Part shown: one piece after another, positions 1-14,364 of the stretch
Layout: each line of letters opens with the position of its first letter
Numbering within the stretch: position 1 is the stretch's first letter
Source: Paragordius varius
Lineage: Eukaryota; Animalia; Nematomorpha
Length of the DNA stretch: 64,000 nucleotides
Direction of reading: 5' to 3'
NCBI GenBank assembly: GCA_964247055.1
Contig: OZ176051.1
Location: 7,192,001 to 7,256,000 of the forward strand
Notes under the pieces: generated by a model
The model's database searches: none
Told to the model about the DNA's origin: nothing
Seen by the model: the letters and a program-made list of their open reading frames with translations, nothing else
Translations under genes and position numbers: made by a program

Positions 1-1931
1 TGTGTAAATATGACCATTTAATTGCTATATAACTAAGCTGCTTAAGTTATGGAGCTTTGAATCATTCGAATCATTATATATTGCTAATGTATTTAATAGG
101 AGTTTTTGAAAAAAACGTTCTTCATAAAAGAGATTGCCATGCATCATTATCTTTTACTGGCTTTACCACCACGTTACCTTTTAGGGAAATTTTGAAACCC
201 TATATCGATTTTAAATTTGAATATCAAAGTATTTTAGAAATAGGGCCCATTTTATATACATGGATTGTCAAGTTTTTTAGGCCTATGATTCAATAAAATT
301 AAATCAAAATAATAATAAAATTAAAAAAAAATCATATTAAACTTAAACTCTTTCACCGTCATTTTTAGGATTTCGCTAATGCACAGGCAAATAAATTTAT
401 AATATAGTAAGAAATGAAAATAATATAAAACTTTCATATTACATTTTAGTAAGAAATTTTAAATTAATTTTAAATCAGCTATTTGTGATTGGGTTTCGGA
501 ACTTTTCAATTTGGACCTAGGAAATATCGTAAAATGTAAGTTTTTTATAAAATAAACTCAATTTTCTATAACTTGTTTAACCAAACAACTATTAAAAATG
601 TAGGTTTTAAATGTTAAAGTTTTGAAAATTAAAAATAATCAAACAATTAAAAGGTAATGTAGTGAAACCACCCTTATATAAAAAATACAGATAATAAATT
701 ATTATGTTTTTAAAAATTTATAGCTAAAGTAATACTGAAATCACCAATAAATTTTAATTAAAACACACTGGTAAATTTTTTGGATGTTATTATGGGCATT
801 TCATCGAATAGTCTTTACAAATAAATACCAATTATATTATTTTTAGGTCTAATTTGCAAAACTAGATGCAATTTCTCACATATATCATAAATATTATTGA
901 TCAATAAAAATTATATTAATTAGAACATTAGCCTAAAGACTTTTTTCCCTATGTCTAATTAAAATTTATCATTTAGTTTGTTTTGCATGTTGTTCTTACC
1001 AATAAATTGTACAAATCCCAATACAAATATTAATTTGTCATAAAACAGACTTGTTAGAGGAAATTGTAAGGATTTTTTGGATATTCCACTACTTTTAAAT
1101 CCTATTTTGCATAAATTATAGATTTAATAATTCCTAATCATGTGAGAATCCAAAATAAAACAGTATAAATTTTTTTACACTCATAAACCAGATGACAAAA
1201 AAATGCAAAAATAAAAAACAATATTTTTGGTTTTATTTTGATATAGAAGTTTATTTTACTGTAAATAATTAAAAAAATTTATTTTAATATAGTTTCATTA
1301 AATTTATTTTGTCATTTAAGTGTGATAAAAGAAAAATATCATCTTTTGACCTGAAATTTCTTGACCCAAACTATATGATTTTAGGATATTTATATATTGA
1401 AAATATCTCCTAAGATGATAATAAACCATAATATTTCAAATTTTATCATTATTTTTTGAATTATCCTTAATTATCCTAAATTTTCACTTTTTGCCCAATT
1501 TCGATTTTCTCTCAATATCTCAAAAACTAGGTTGTCAACAAATAAAAATTTTTGCGGATGAATACGCTGGTCATAAGCTATCTCATGAAAAAAAAATTTT
1601 TCGTTTCAAACATATTTTCATTGAATCCTAATCTATGAATAATTTTTCAGAATGCTTTTTAAAAAAATTTAAAAACTTTTAAAAGAGAATATTTCAAGAT
1701 ATTCTAGGAATCTTCACACAAAATATAAAATTTAATTTTTTCGAAACAGAAAATATTAAAAAATTTATATCTCAAAACAGTGATATTCCATATACTTTTT
1801 TTGTAATTCAATATTTATGCCCAGGTTTAATTGAAGATCATTTACAGTGAAAAGTGAAATTATAAGCGGACAAAACGATGTAAAAATATAAAAATATTTT
1901 TTTTAGAATAAAAAAACATTTATTGAATCAA

Positions 1932-4900
1932 CTACAAAAAAGAAGAAGACGTATAATACGTAACATAGTAAGGTCTAATTTTCATAACGGATCTTTCAAT
2001 CTTAATCCATTCTTGAGTTCGCGAATCAAACCAAGTAAGTCCAATATCCCAGCGCCCATTGAGATTGCATTTTTGGCAATGAGAATACCACCAACCTCCT
2101 GAATAATATTTAGCACAATCAACCGAACTAGCATCTTGATCGCTGAGAAAAAAAGTTATTTAAAAAAGTACAGTAAAAATTTAAATTATGCAGCGAACAC
2201 AAAACATGTAATAATAATAAATTTAAACGGATAAAACAATCTAGACCATATTCACTAGAAATGTAAATTGGTAACACTCTCAAATATAGAGCAAAATTAT
2301 AATTATACGGACAGTAAAAATAAACCATATTTTTTCTCAATAAACCGCTGTGCTTTTTTACTTAATTATTTACGTGAAATAGAATGCAGATTACCATAAT
2401 TTATATGTATTTTAAATTGTAATTAATTATTTTATATGGAAGGTTAAAAAAATATGGTTGTCTTATGAATAAAAATATTTGTCTTTATGGTCTTACGTTT
2501 TGTCTCAATTTTTACGGTACATAAAACATACAATAAAAACAAAATTATAAGGATAAATTTTTTCTAAAAAGCCCATATTTTTAACTCTTGTTCGCAGAGG
2601 ACTAGATATGTAAATTGGTAAACACTTTCAAAATATATTCAACCATTGTAAAAATAAAAGACAAGAATCAAAAAATGTAATTTGCTTGTTTCTCTTTTAC
2701 TTTTTTATTTTGTGTTTAACATTTTAATTTATACTGTTAACACCTAATAAGAAACCTACTCTAACAAAGTATGTTTCTGTTAAAAAAAATTCCACGCTAA
2801 TAAATACGTATTTATACTTTTCTTTAATAAGCTTCTTTGAACAGCCTTTCCTTGAAAAACTCAATTCAATTAATATTTGGAGATTAATATTTTATTGTTT
2901 ACCGATCTATGGTGCTAAATCGAAATCCGTTGTGATTCTCCATCAAACAATCCGAAATATAAATGATATCGCTATCATTTCTAATTTTCGAATAATATTT
3001 TTTTTGTAGACTTGAGCTAGAAATGTTTTCATTAACTTTAAAATCACTGTCCCGTTTCATTATATTATTGCTTTCTACATTATTTTCCACCTTTATGTAT
3101 GGTGCAACAGAGGAATTTATATTTTTGTCAAATTTTGTTGTAACATTTTTATCGAACAAGTAATTATCATCTATTTTAGATGTTGAATTGAACATGAGGG
3201 GATTATTATTGGATTTCTGCTGTAGAAAAGCTGTTAAATGTAATGCATAACCCTGATACTCTGAACCAATTTTAAAATCCATGTATTCAGCTCTTAGGTG
3301 TGATGATGAGGCATCCCACATATCTATCCTTAGAAAATAATATTTTTTCTTGCTAATGACTTTTTGTGTTTGAGAACCCTTGACTGAGTCTTTTAGATTG
3401 GCAAATTTCGTTCTCTTCCCAAGCGTTTCAGGAAAAATCAATTCATTAGCTTGATCGCGTGTTATTTGATGTATTATGTCATTGCCTAACCAAAAGTCGC
3501 CTAAAATTTAAGATAATAACAGCCATAAAATACCCACTACACCTAAATCAAAAATAAAATACACAGTAAAAATGAAATTACACGGACAAAAAGTTATTAC
3601 ATAAAGATAAATATATTTTTTTCAAAAGACAACAATACTTAACTATTCATATATAAATAATAAAATTACAATCGAAAAGTATGTGAATGATTGTGTTACC
3701 CAATATACATATCTATTTCGTACTTTGCAATTTACAATGAGTTATTATATTAAAAATATGATTTAAAAAAGATTTGTTTTTTTGTCCGTATAATTCCAAT
3801 TTTTACCTATATACTCATTAGATTAACTTTAAAAACTGTGAATAAAATTTAGTAAAAAAATATGGGAAATACCATTCAAATTTCCAAAACCATTTTTATA
3901 ATCCTTCCATGTTCGTGTAAAATTAGTGTCTCCTTTCGTTCTACGCTGAATGACAGTCCAACCTCCAATCTTTGGTATTGTGATTTCGGGTTCAAAATTT
4001 TTGTCCGTGCTGCTCTCTTTGAAGTTTTTATAGAGATTCTGCTTTTTTAGGGAATTCCGAATTGTATCTGTATTGTGTATGTCTTCCATATCGCAATAAA
4101 CCTAATATTGGTGATATAAATAAGGAAAATATACCATTTATAATTCAAATTAAGCCTTGAACAATTCAAATTCACCCTAAAAATAAATCATGTGTTTTCG
4201 GGCAGCTAATATAACTCCATATTAATAGGAAATATATTCTCATAGCATAGTATATTATTTTTTCAGTATTATAAAAAATTTTAACGTAATTTCCTTTTAA
4301 AAAAAATATAAAATAATATACGTAATTTTTAATCTTACACACATATAATTTATGGTGAATTTGAAATGTTTAAGGGTGAATTTAAATTGTTCTTGAGTGA
4401 ATTTGAATTGTTCAAGGGTGAATTTGAATTGCTCAAGGGTATTTGAACGGTAAATGGTATTTGATGGAACAATATTAATAATATCGGAAAAATTACATTA
4501 ATACACGACCCAAATTTACAATTGTTAGGTATATATTTGTTATTTATATTAACCAGTTTAAAAGTTAAATATTTTCATTATTAAACTTAAATATTTTAAT
4601 CCACTTTTATTAATTATATTCGAATATTGTTGTTGTTTTACGTATAATTTACATTTTAATTATTTAAAATATAATTATTACATCAAACACATTATTAATC
4701 AATATCAGTCCAAGATATTTGATAATAAAACATTGAAATTATATATAGTTATAATGTATATTACTTGAACAAAATGGGATTGTATTGTGTCTGTTAAATT
4801 TATTCTGTAGTTAGTATCAGCTGATACGGCAGAAGGATTAATTAAATATAGACCAGATTTATATTCAGCAATCTTATAATTCCAATCCATTGTACAATCT

Positions 4901-7900
4901 AGAAAAATATGTGAAATATATATGGATATTTTGCATTGGATTTTATTGAAAAACTAAATCTTAAATACAGAAACTCATTAATAATTAAAGTCCAACCCGT
5001 CGAATGCTGTAAATTTATATATCTATATATTTGTGCTAATACTAGAGTGACCGTCGCTCTGAGATTAGACAAAGTTGTATATCAAGAGCATTAGAAACTA
5101 AATAATACAAATATTTTCAGGCTTCGCGAAGATAAACTTAGAGGAAAATTTAATAGGTGTGCTCTCGCCCATAAAAGATGAATGTAAACCATTTTCAAAA
5201 TTTAATGGATCATATTCTTTGGAAAATTGTTAATATTTGATCAAAATATCTCTTTGTTCAGCGAGTAAGGATTGAACTTAGGGGCTAATTTCAAAAAGCG
5301 CTATTACTCTCAACGCAATTTCGAAAAATCAAAAATATGATCATAAATCAGAGGCCTAAACAATATCCGGAAATGTGCTTTCAAAATATTAATTTAAAGG
5401 CTCTTTTGGAACTGATAGACAAATTCAAAAAAGTCGCTCATTGACCATCGGTGTAATTAGGAAAGTAAAAAAGTCAATTATTTATTCTGAATAGGGCGTC
5501 CACATTTTCTCGAAATTTGCTTTTTAAAGACACTAAATTTTTTTAAAAACCCATTATGTTTTCACGGGGGCTAAACTTAAAGATTTTACAGTAAAAATGA
5601 AATTATACGCACAAAATGTAAAAATATAAAGACAAATATTTTTTTAAACGAAAACCATATAAATCTTGATTTTTAAAATTGGTATGATTGTTAAAAATTG
5701 CAGTGTATGGATTTAAGATGTATATTGGTAACACAATCAATCATATATTTTATAATAATTGTAAAAAATGTTTTTTATATAAAAAATTAAGGTTTAAAAA
5801 GTATATTCTTTTAGAAAAAAAATATTTGTCTTTATATTTTTACGTTTGCCCATAGTATAATTTCAATTTTTACTGTAAAAACCGGATCAGTCACTCTCTG
5901 GGCTTTCATGAATAAACTTCTACTTTAGAATTTTAATGGGCCTACAAGTTTTCCAAAAAAATTCTAGATTATATAGAGGTCTTTAATTATAATTTTTTAA
6001 CGAAAAAATTAATATTGCAATATTTTGTTTTGTAATGATGTCACACACATGTAAAGTAAGATGATTTTAACGAAGCAGTTCTAGACACACGAGAGGCATT
6101 TAAAAATTCCATAAGTTCTGAATCAAGATTTTAAGCATAAAAAATTATACCATGTGGTAAAGTTTGACTCATTTTATCCATGTCACCTTTCAAAGAGTCA
6201 TAGAGGGCCGATAATTCATGCAAGCGTTCGTTTTTAAGGACAAGGAATTGATTTTTCAGTATCAACAATACTTTCTAAAAGCGTTGGGAAAATAAAAATA
6301 TGGTAAAAACTAAAATTATACGGACGGTCAAAACCTAAAATCTAAAGACAAATGTTTTTAGTTTCAAACGCTGTGTATTCTAAAGTTATTTTTTCCATAT
6401 ATAACTCATTGTTTTGCCGAGTGCAAAATAGAGATATATATTGGTAGCACAATCTATTATTATTGTAATTACAGTATGAGTAAGTATATATTGCTAGAAA
6501 GTGATTAATTATAGCCAAATAGCCTATTCAGCAGCAAAGAGAATTATTATTGGCTAATAATGTTAAAAAAGGGAAAAAAACTATAAACCAATTATACCGC
6601 CCTTTGTGTGCGTTATTTGACAATAATTAACTTTCTAGCAATGTTTACTTACTCATATTGCATATATTTTATATAGGTAAAATTATTAAAAATATACATT
6701 TGTCTTTTGAGAAAAAATTTTGTTTTTATATTTTATTTTTGTCTGTTTTTTTATATAAAAAAATGATATAATAAAAATCGGTTGCTACATACTACTATAT
6801 TATAAAGAAATAAAATTACACATTTACTTTGATATTTTGATATTCCAATTTGTTTGTAGTATCTTGCAATGATACAGTCAATTTGTGAATTCTAAATCCA
6901 AGAATATAGATTTAACCCAAATAAACTGGGCTGCATTAAAATTTAAGTAAAAACGGGTTATAAGCGCTAAAATAGTTGAAACAAAGTTTTCTTGAACTTT
7001 TTCAAAAACTTGAACCAAACTTCGACTTCCCAATTTTATTTTAATCAAAACGCTTCAAATCATCCCGTTTTGCAGTAAAAAGAAGTACTATACAGAAAAA
7101 AATGTTAAAACTAAAAGGCATATAATGACATATTTTTTGCAAAAAACAACCATATTTTTTTAAGGTTTAATTTTTTAATAATTTATCGTTTGGTGTTGCA
7201 AAAAAGGAATAGGGAAGTTTATTGGTAACTTACTTATTTATATATTATTAATATGTAATTATACCATTAATTCACCCTTAAACAGTAAAAATATAAAATA
7301 TATGGTTGCGTTTTCAAAAAACAAATTCGTCTTTTACGTTTTTTCCGTATAATTTCATTTTTTACTGTATAGTTATGTAGATAGAAATTTTGAAGTATGC
7401 GTTTTAGTTTTTTCATTTTGTTTGTATAATATTTCATTTTTTACTCTATAATCACTCAAGATGATCAATTATAATGTTTGAGAAAAAATAACGCTTGCTT
7501 TCTATGCTAGAGTGCGCATTTAAACATAAAGATATGGTACTTTTTATGCACGGAATCTAATTCCATAGTGTGGTTCATAATTTTGATTTCGTGATTCAAC
7601 AAATCAATTTTGGTTTGAAGTTCGCGCCCATTATTTTGACAGGATAGATGGGACAGCGCAGTTAATTCTGATTGCTGATTTTTTATATTTTGACTCACTT
7701 CGGCAAGTTTGACATCAAGCACTGAAACATTCTGAGAAATCTAATTGATACAAACATTATACCAATGCTATATAAAACATATTACATTAAATCATAAATC
7801 AAGGGCTTTTTATACAGTAAATTTATGCACAGAAAGGCGAAAATTCAAGGACAAATATTTTTATAAAATACAACCATATGTTTTTAAATATATGTCATCA

Positions 7901-10900
7901 TTTTGCAAAATAGTGATATGTTAACAAACTCAATTAAACAGTATTGAAATTATACACAAGACTAAAGGTAAAAATTTAAGGATAAATATTTTTAAAAGAT
8001 AACAATACTTTTTTAAGTCTCAATGTTCCTTTATAAAAACTATTAAAATTCAATTATATGAAAAATATAGTTGATTGTACCAATTTACATTGCTATTTCA
8101 TAATTTGCAGTTAAAACAATGAGTCATATAGATAAAAAATCAAGTTTAAAAATACATAGCGGTCTTTGGAAAAAAAACTTTTGTTTAATGTATAAAATAC
8201 TTTGTCGGTATAATTTTAAATTTACTGCTCACTTAAAAAAACAATTTACCCTTAAATGACTCATGGTAATATCCTTAAGTTCTTCCCGTTGGACATCTAA
8301 TGTTTGTTGATGTTGGATATCAGTGAAAAGTGATTGCTTCAAGGATTCTTCTATGATTGGTATTTTGGCATTAAATTTGCTAACAAATGAACTCAAGCTC
8401 TGATTGATTTGAGAAATTCTACGGTCTAAATACTCCACCTATTATTAGTTAGAGAGAGATTATATGGTATGGATTTTATTTTCACAAAAAATAATATGTC
8501 ATATAATTGAAATACAGAAAGAAGAAAATTTACAGTAAAAACTGATATACGGACAAAATGTAAAAATATTAAGACAAATATTTTAATTAAAAGATAAACC
8601 TATTTTTTAAATCTTGATTTATTTCAATATAACTCATTGTTATTAATGGCAAAATGTGAAATAGAGATGTATATTACCAAACAAATTATTTATTTTACAA
8701 TTGTAACTATGTAATGAGAAAAATGGAAGTTTTAAAAAGTATGGTTGTTTTTTAGATAAAAATATTTGTCTTTATAATTTTTTGTCCGTATAATTTTAAT
8801 CTTTACGGTAAATATAAGGACATAATTTTTGCAAAATTCATTTTTTTCAAATAAATTTTAAGATATTCCATTTATTTTTAAATGAAAACTATTGCAATCA
8901 CAAAAATTGAATACGAATAAAACGTAAAAATATAAACGCAAATATTTTTTTAAAAGACAACCATATACTCTTTCAAACCATATTTTCCTCTATAAGCTAT
9001 TTAAATACGATTGTAAAATATCAACTTGGTTGTTTTAATATGTATTTCTATTTCACAATTTGCAATATTAAATAATGAGTTATATTCAAAAAAATCACAT
9101 TTAAATAGTATGATTGTGTTTTAGAAAAAAAATATTTGTCATTATATTTTTAACTTTTGTTTCTTCTAATTTCAACTTTTACTGTACATATTTTATGATT
9201 CAAATTATATATGATTTACGAAAAAGTTAGGTTTTTATAAAAGTAGAGTTTTTATCTTTTGTGAACTAAGTATATTATAAATACGCATCTTGAAATTTTA
9301 TTTGTCTATAATTTCAATATTTTAGCTTAAAATAGAAGAGCTCACTTTGGTATCCAAATCAATTTTTTCAATCAACGAAAGATCATGCAATAAAGCTTGC
9401 TGATAAGTTAAATTTCCCACATAATATTCAATAGCCGATAATTTTTTATTGAATGCCACAGATGTGTTTAGTAACGGTTTTATGTACATTAACAAGGGTT
9501 GGTTATTTGAATCTGAAAAATATATAAAATTATAAAACATTTTTCATTATATATACTACGATTTATACTTTAAATTCACCCATGAACAATTCAAATTCCG
9601 TAAACAATTCAAAATTACCCTTGAACAATTTACCCTTAAACAAATCACCCACCCTTAAAATTCAAATTCTAAATTTAAATTATGTTTTTTCGGGCTAATA
9701 AAACTCATCATTAATATAATTATTTCTTAATAGCATAATTTATTATTTTTTCAGTATTATGTTAATTTTATAAAATGATATTATATTAAATTACAAATTT
9801 AGAAAGAATTTGAATTATTCAAGAATGAGTGAATTTGAATTGTTCAAGGGTTAATTTGGATTGTTCAAATACGAATTTGAATGGTTCAAAGGTAAATTTG
9901 AAGTGTAAATGGTATATTTTGATAAAATTAATAATTAGTAAGTTTTACCATTTGAAAAAGCATTGATTCCAAGCACCGTCTCTAACCGCTGAATTCGTGA
10001 TCTTTGATCATCTAATTCTTTTAGCAAAATCTATGTGAATAAAAGGTTTTATAATACAGTAAAAATATACGGATAAAACGTAAAAATATAAAGACAAATT
10101 TTTTCTAAAAGACAACCATACTTTTTTAATTAAATTATCTTATTAAAACGTTTAATACAATCCTAAAATACATATTGTTTTACTAATATATATCTCTATT
10201 TTATATTTAGCAATTTTAAATAATGTGTTATATAAAGGATTAAAGTTTGGTTTTATTTTGGAAAAAAATATTTTTCCTTATATTTTCACGTTGCGTCCAT
10301 TTTGACTTTTATATTTTAAACACGTTTGTAAAAATTGGAGGTTGCAAAATAGAATAATTTAATCTTTCACTGGGTTGTATATAAAATTTTTATTAGGAAA
10401 GCATTTATGATCTGACAGTGGTGTATGACTATTTGAATTGTGCATACAGTAAAAAATAAAATTATACGGACAAAACGCAAAAATAAAAAAATATTTTTTT
10501 CTCCTGATTTTTTTGATTATAACTCATTGTTTTAAACTGCAAAGTATAAAATCGAGATGTATATAGGTAACACATTATGTATTTTACGATTGTAATTAAA
10601 TGATTTTAATAGGATAAATTAAAATTCAAAAAAAGAAGGTTATCTTTTGAAAAAAATAGCTATCTTATTTTAAAGTTTTGTTCTAAATTTCAATTTTTAC
10701 TGTATATGTTAATATTTGCACAATAAAATTAGTTTTGTAAACGCAATTATTTGCAATAATATGAATTCTATTATTATCAGGCTACAGTTTTCGAAATTCT
10801 AAGCAAAAAATAGGATATATACTTTATTTAATTGTGATTTTATATATTGATCGTCCCTAGGTGATTTCGATTCCTCACTTCTAAAACTATTGATGGTAAC

Positions 10901-11728
10901 ATTGGTAACAAATTCAGTATTATTCTGCGGTCCTGTTTTAGGAATAATTTTTGAACGATTTGAAATGTCAACAACATTTTCATTTTGCTTATATACATTG
11001 TTTGTGGTTATTTGAAATTTTTTTATGTTGTGATGTCTTATGCCGCTAAAATTTTTCTGTTGCCCAATTTTGCCTTCTTCGTAAGAACATGTTTTATGTA
11101 GATGACAATTTTTAGATGACATATTTGCGGTTTTTAAAGGATTTTTGTCATTTTTTGGATTTCCTAATATAATATTAGTGCGATTTGAAATATCAACTTT
11201 AGTATAGTTATTTGGCTCCAATTTCGATTTTAAAAGTAATGTTGTATTTATGGGTCTTGGAATAATTTGCAGATTAATAGTTCTATTTTTCCCCTGCAAA
11301 GATTTATTCTGAGGAATTGATTGCGGAATTGAATAACTTTTATTGTAGGTATTGTGGGTTTTAGGGAAAAGGGTTGATTTGTCAAATAAACCTTGATTTT
11401 TTCTGCGGTTTTCTAAGATAGTTTTGTCTGAATTTATACTATTGTTTTCGTTGATATTATTCACATGCGTTTCATTAGACATTCCAATAAGTATCAGAGA
11501 TGTTTTAATTTGAGGTTCTAATTTAACAAAAGATTCATTAAGTACTGAAAATAATTTAATTCTATTTTTTGGTAAAATTGATTGCACTGAAGTCGTTTCA
11601 GACATGTTTCCATCTAAATTCCGAAAATCATAAATATTAGTCGAATTTTCAATATATCGAATAATTGCAAAGGTAGGCTTAATTAAAATTAGGAAAAATA
11701 AAATTAAAATTGAATTTGAAATATCCAT
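1932..11728 (-). CDS. sca: Scabrous-like secreted protein: signal peptide, Asn/Lys-rich region, coiled coil, C-terminal fibrinogen-related domain; 11 exons, about 967 aa
   Basis: Hand-spliced exons, all GT-AG and phase-consistent: 11728-10823, 10030-9949, 9512-9346, 8438-8250, 7740-7541, 6891-6828, 6274-6151, 4898-4765, 4101-3873, 3500-2903, 2142-1932 (2904 nt, TAG stop). Signal peptide MDISNSILILFFLILIKPTFA. Fibrinogen motifs LPHDC, VYCDME, GGWTVIQRR, GDFWLGND, FSTIDRDQD. The C-terminus GGWWYSHCQKCNLNGRWDIGLTWFDSRTQEW matches the recalled Drosophila Scabrous signature GGWWFSHCQHANLNGRYNLGLTWFD. Confidence 0.88.
4134..4457. mobile_element. MITE family B copy (TIR ccatttacaattcaaattcaccc, 21-bp subterminal repeats)
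   Basis: ta|ccattta ... taaatgg|ta; repeats gggtgaatttgaattgttcaa; in scabrous intron 4102-4764. Confidence 0.85.
6472..6660. mobile_element. Small MITE nested inside a family A copy
   Basis: Imperfect TIR of about 40 bp: cagtatgagtaagtatatattgctagaaagt versus actttctagcaatgtttacttactcatattg; TA at left. Confidence 0.65.
9565..9912. mobile_element. MITE family B copy, left end eroded
   Basis: Right end gtaaatgg|ta; 21-bp subrepeats in both orientations. Confidence 0.75.
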
Positions 11729-13479
11729 ATCTTTCAAATATTTCTTAATTAAATAAAAACTTTCTGAAACTGTTTGTAAAAATAAGAAAGATGATTCTTA
11801 AACATAGATAATGTTAAATATTGAAAAATAAAAACATTCATTCTAAAAGCTTTTTTGATTTTATTATTATAGTTTTAGTTTATTTTGCTATCTGTACCCA
11901 TATCAATCACGTAATGTATGTTAAGATTTACATAATAAATTAATGTAAAAAAATATAAAATTAAAAATAAAAATTTAATTATCTATTTGGCGTCAGGCTA
12001 GATGTCCTCCTGGTAATATATTTATAATTATTATATATATACTTCAAATTTTCATTGGGTAAATATTTTTACATTTTTTGAAATAAAAATTATTTTTTTA
12101 TTTATAGAAACATTTGTGCTTCTTTTATAATGATTTAACCTTATGATATTTTGCAGATTCAACATTTCGGCAATAACTTTCCAATTACCATAAAATTACT
12201 TGTAAAAAAATTTTTTAAGAGTAATTCAACATTAAAGGAGATGTAATATAAAAAAAACATTTAAAAAAATTAAAAATAGAATATTTTTTGATCATGTATT
12301 AGATATTTATAAATAGATAATAAATTAAAGAAATACAGAAATACAGAAGTTTTAATAGATCTTCCCGGTATAAAAACAAAAAAATTATATTAGTATTTTT
12401 TATAAATAAGCCGCTTTAAGGACTTTGGCTCCTGTAGAAAAATTACATGTCTTCGAAGTAAATTGTCCCCTATAAAATAGAGTATAAATGAAAATTATAC
12501 GGGCAAAATATAAAAACATAGTTTCAAAAGACAACATACCTTTTCAAATCAAGATTTTTTTGATATAAATCATTGTTTTAAATTTCAAAGTATGGTATTG
12601 ATATGTATATTAGTAAAACATTCGATTACCTATAGATAATTGTAATTATATAATTTATAGGAGAAAAATATTGGTTTTAAAAGTATGGGGTTGTCTTTTA
12701 AAAAATTATATTTGTCTTTATATTTTTACGATCTGTCCGCATAATTTCAGTTTGTACCGTAAGTTTTGGGTTCAATAATATAAATATAAATTTTTAGTGT
12801 AAAATTTTATGGATTCCCTCTATATCCAAAAAAATGTTAACACTTCTTTATCTCTTGTGCTGGATTTATCTTTTAGGGTAGTTTTTTACCCCAGAGCTTT
12901 AATTTTGAAAATAAATCACAGTTTTAAAAGTTATTTTAAATAATAATTACAGTAAAAATAGAAATTATACGGACAAAATGTACAAATATAAAGACAAATT
13001 TTTTTAAGATAACCATACTTTTTAAACCTTAATTTTTCATATATAAATTATTAATTGCAATTGTAAAAATATATAATTGATTGTTTTACGAATTTTACAT
13101 ATCAATTTCAACTTTGCAGTTTAAAACCATGTGTTATAATTTTAATAGATCATGATTCAAAAGTTGTTGTTTAAAAAATATTTGTCTTTATAAATTTACG
13201 TTTTGTTATAATTTCAGTTTTTACTGTAATTATCAAACATTGTTTTTTCATGTATTAGATAAAAAATATTTATTTATTACAGTTTTGTGACTTCTAAATT
13301 AGGGGTAACTCTGAAACACGATTTAAACAAACAGCTGATAATAAAATCAAAAATATCAAGTTTTTGATGGTAAAATGAAGCCTGAAATCTTTTTATTTTT
13401 AAGCATTTACATTTCTAACCATAATATACATTTGTTTGCCTGTTGCATTTAGCGATTTAAAAAAAACATTAGTGAGATA

Positions 13480-14360
13480 AAATGGCGGCAAAAAAAGTTT
13501 GATATGAGGATTTTCGGATTCTGTTGGCTATCAGGTTTTCAAACATTTTTAAACCATGTACTAAGATGCCTATGGGACGAAAGTTGGAAACGTAGATTTC
13601 TTTTTTTTAATTATATCTATCAGGGATATTTGCCACCACCATTTGAATGCTTTTTTAATATTCGATTTCATTCTGCCAACATTCTTCTCGAGTGATTCAA
13701 TGCAGCTATATTTAAAGGAATTCCAAAGATGTTCCCGTAGAGGTTGTTTTTAATTTAAGGGAATTTTCCGTCGAGTTCCAATCTATTAATAATATTATTA
13801 TCGTATATTTTTGATATCTAAATTTAGTTTCATTTTGTGCCATGTCTGATTTGGTTGTTGTAGATTTAGATAATTCAGTAATTATGATGAGTTTGTGCTG
13901 TAGTTCTAAATCGGGGAGAGATCTAATATTTTAAAGTTGGATTTGTCCTCTTTTCTTGATATTATTATATCAATCATTGAGCGAATGCCGGATATATAGG
14001 TTACAAGTTATTATGACTTCTTTTAAAAAAGGTATTAATGATGAATAAATTATTATTACTTGCGAAATCTAATAAAACCATTTTTATTTAAGTCATCCAT
14101 TCCAAAACCTCCATGTACTGAATGTAGAGATTCTTGACCAAAATGTGAGTTTAAATCACCCGCGATAAATATGAAATCAGTGTGTGGAATAGCAGTGACT
14201 TTTCATATAAATTTAACCAGAATAAATCCTTACAATCTGATGCACAACCGATTTGCGGAGCGTAAACGGGGAAAATATGATAAAAAATTTTTTGAATAGA
14301 ATTTTTAATATGATAATCTTTCTGATGAGTCATCAATCGATATGATATTGGGTACGATGG
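13480..14360 (-). mobile_element. Degenerate RTE-clade non-LTR retrotransposon fragment (endonuclease to start of reverse transcriptase)
   Basis: Minus-strand frames give VYAPQIG..DLFW..IP..DFIFIAGDL..VHGGFG..LDFASNNNLFIINTFFK (AP endonuclease) and SNFRPIGILVHGLKMFENLIANRI (about 13515-13590, first RT block), with stops and frameshifts. Confidence 0.8.
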
Positions 14361-14364
14361 AAAC

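Larger units (their letters stand above)
2171..13226. mobile_element. MITE family A (TIR cagtaaaaatgaaattatacggacaaaa, TA flanks), at least 11 copies across this span
   Basis: Clear two-ended copies: 5589-5875, 7283-7367, 7815-8227, 8533-8808, 10447-10702, 12950-13226. More degenerate copies near 2171-2518, 3564-3808, 6303-6750, 8910-9184, 10057-10300, 12480-12760. Confidence 0.85.

Noticed and set aside
5100-5280. Minus-strand coding-like frame with an internal TAA (possible stop-codon recoding)
   Set aside because: The scabrous model closes in phase without it, and every recognised exon in the window translates with the standard code and ends at TAA/TAG.
6575-6635. Possible extra scabrous exon KVNYCQITHTKG
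   Set aside because: It lies within a nested MITE, and the exon at 6274-6151 (ending LPH-D) already supplies the needed phase and motif.
2143-10822. MITEs as intron-creating (introner) elements in scabrous
   Set aside because: MITE ends do not coincide with splice sites; ordinary intron sequence flanks them, so they are insertions into existing introns.
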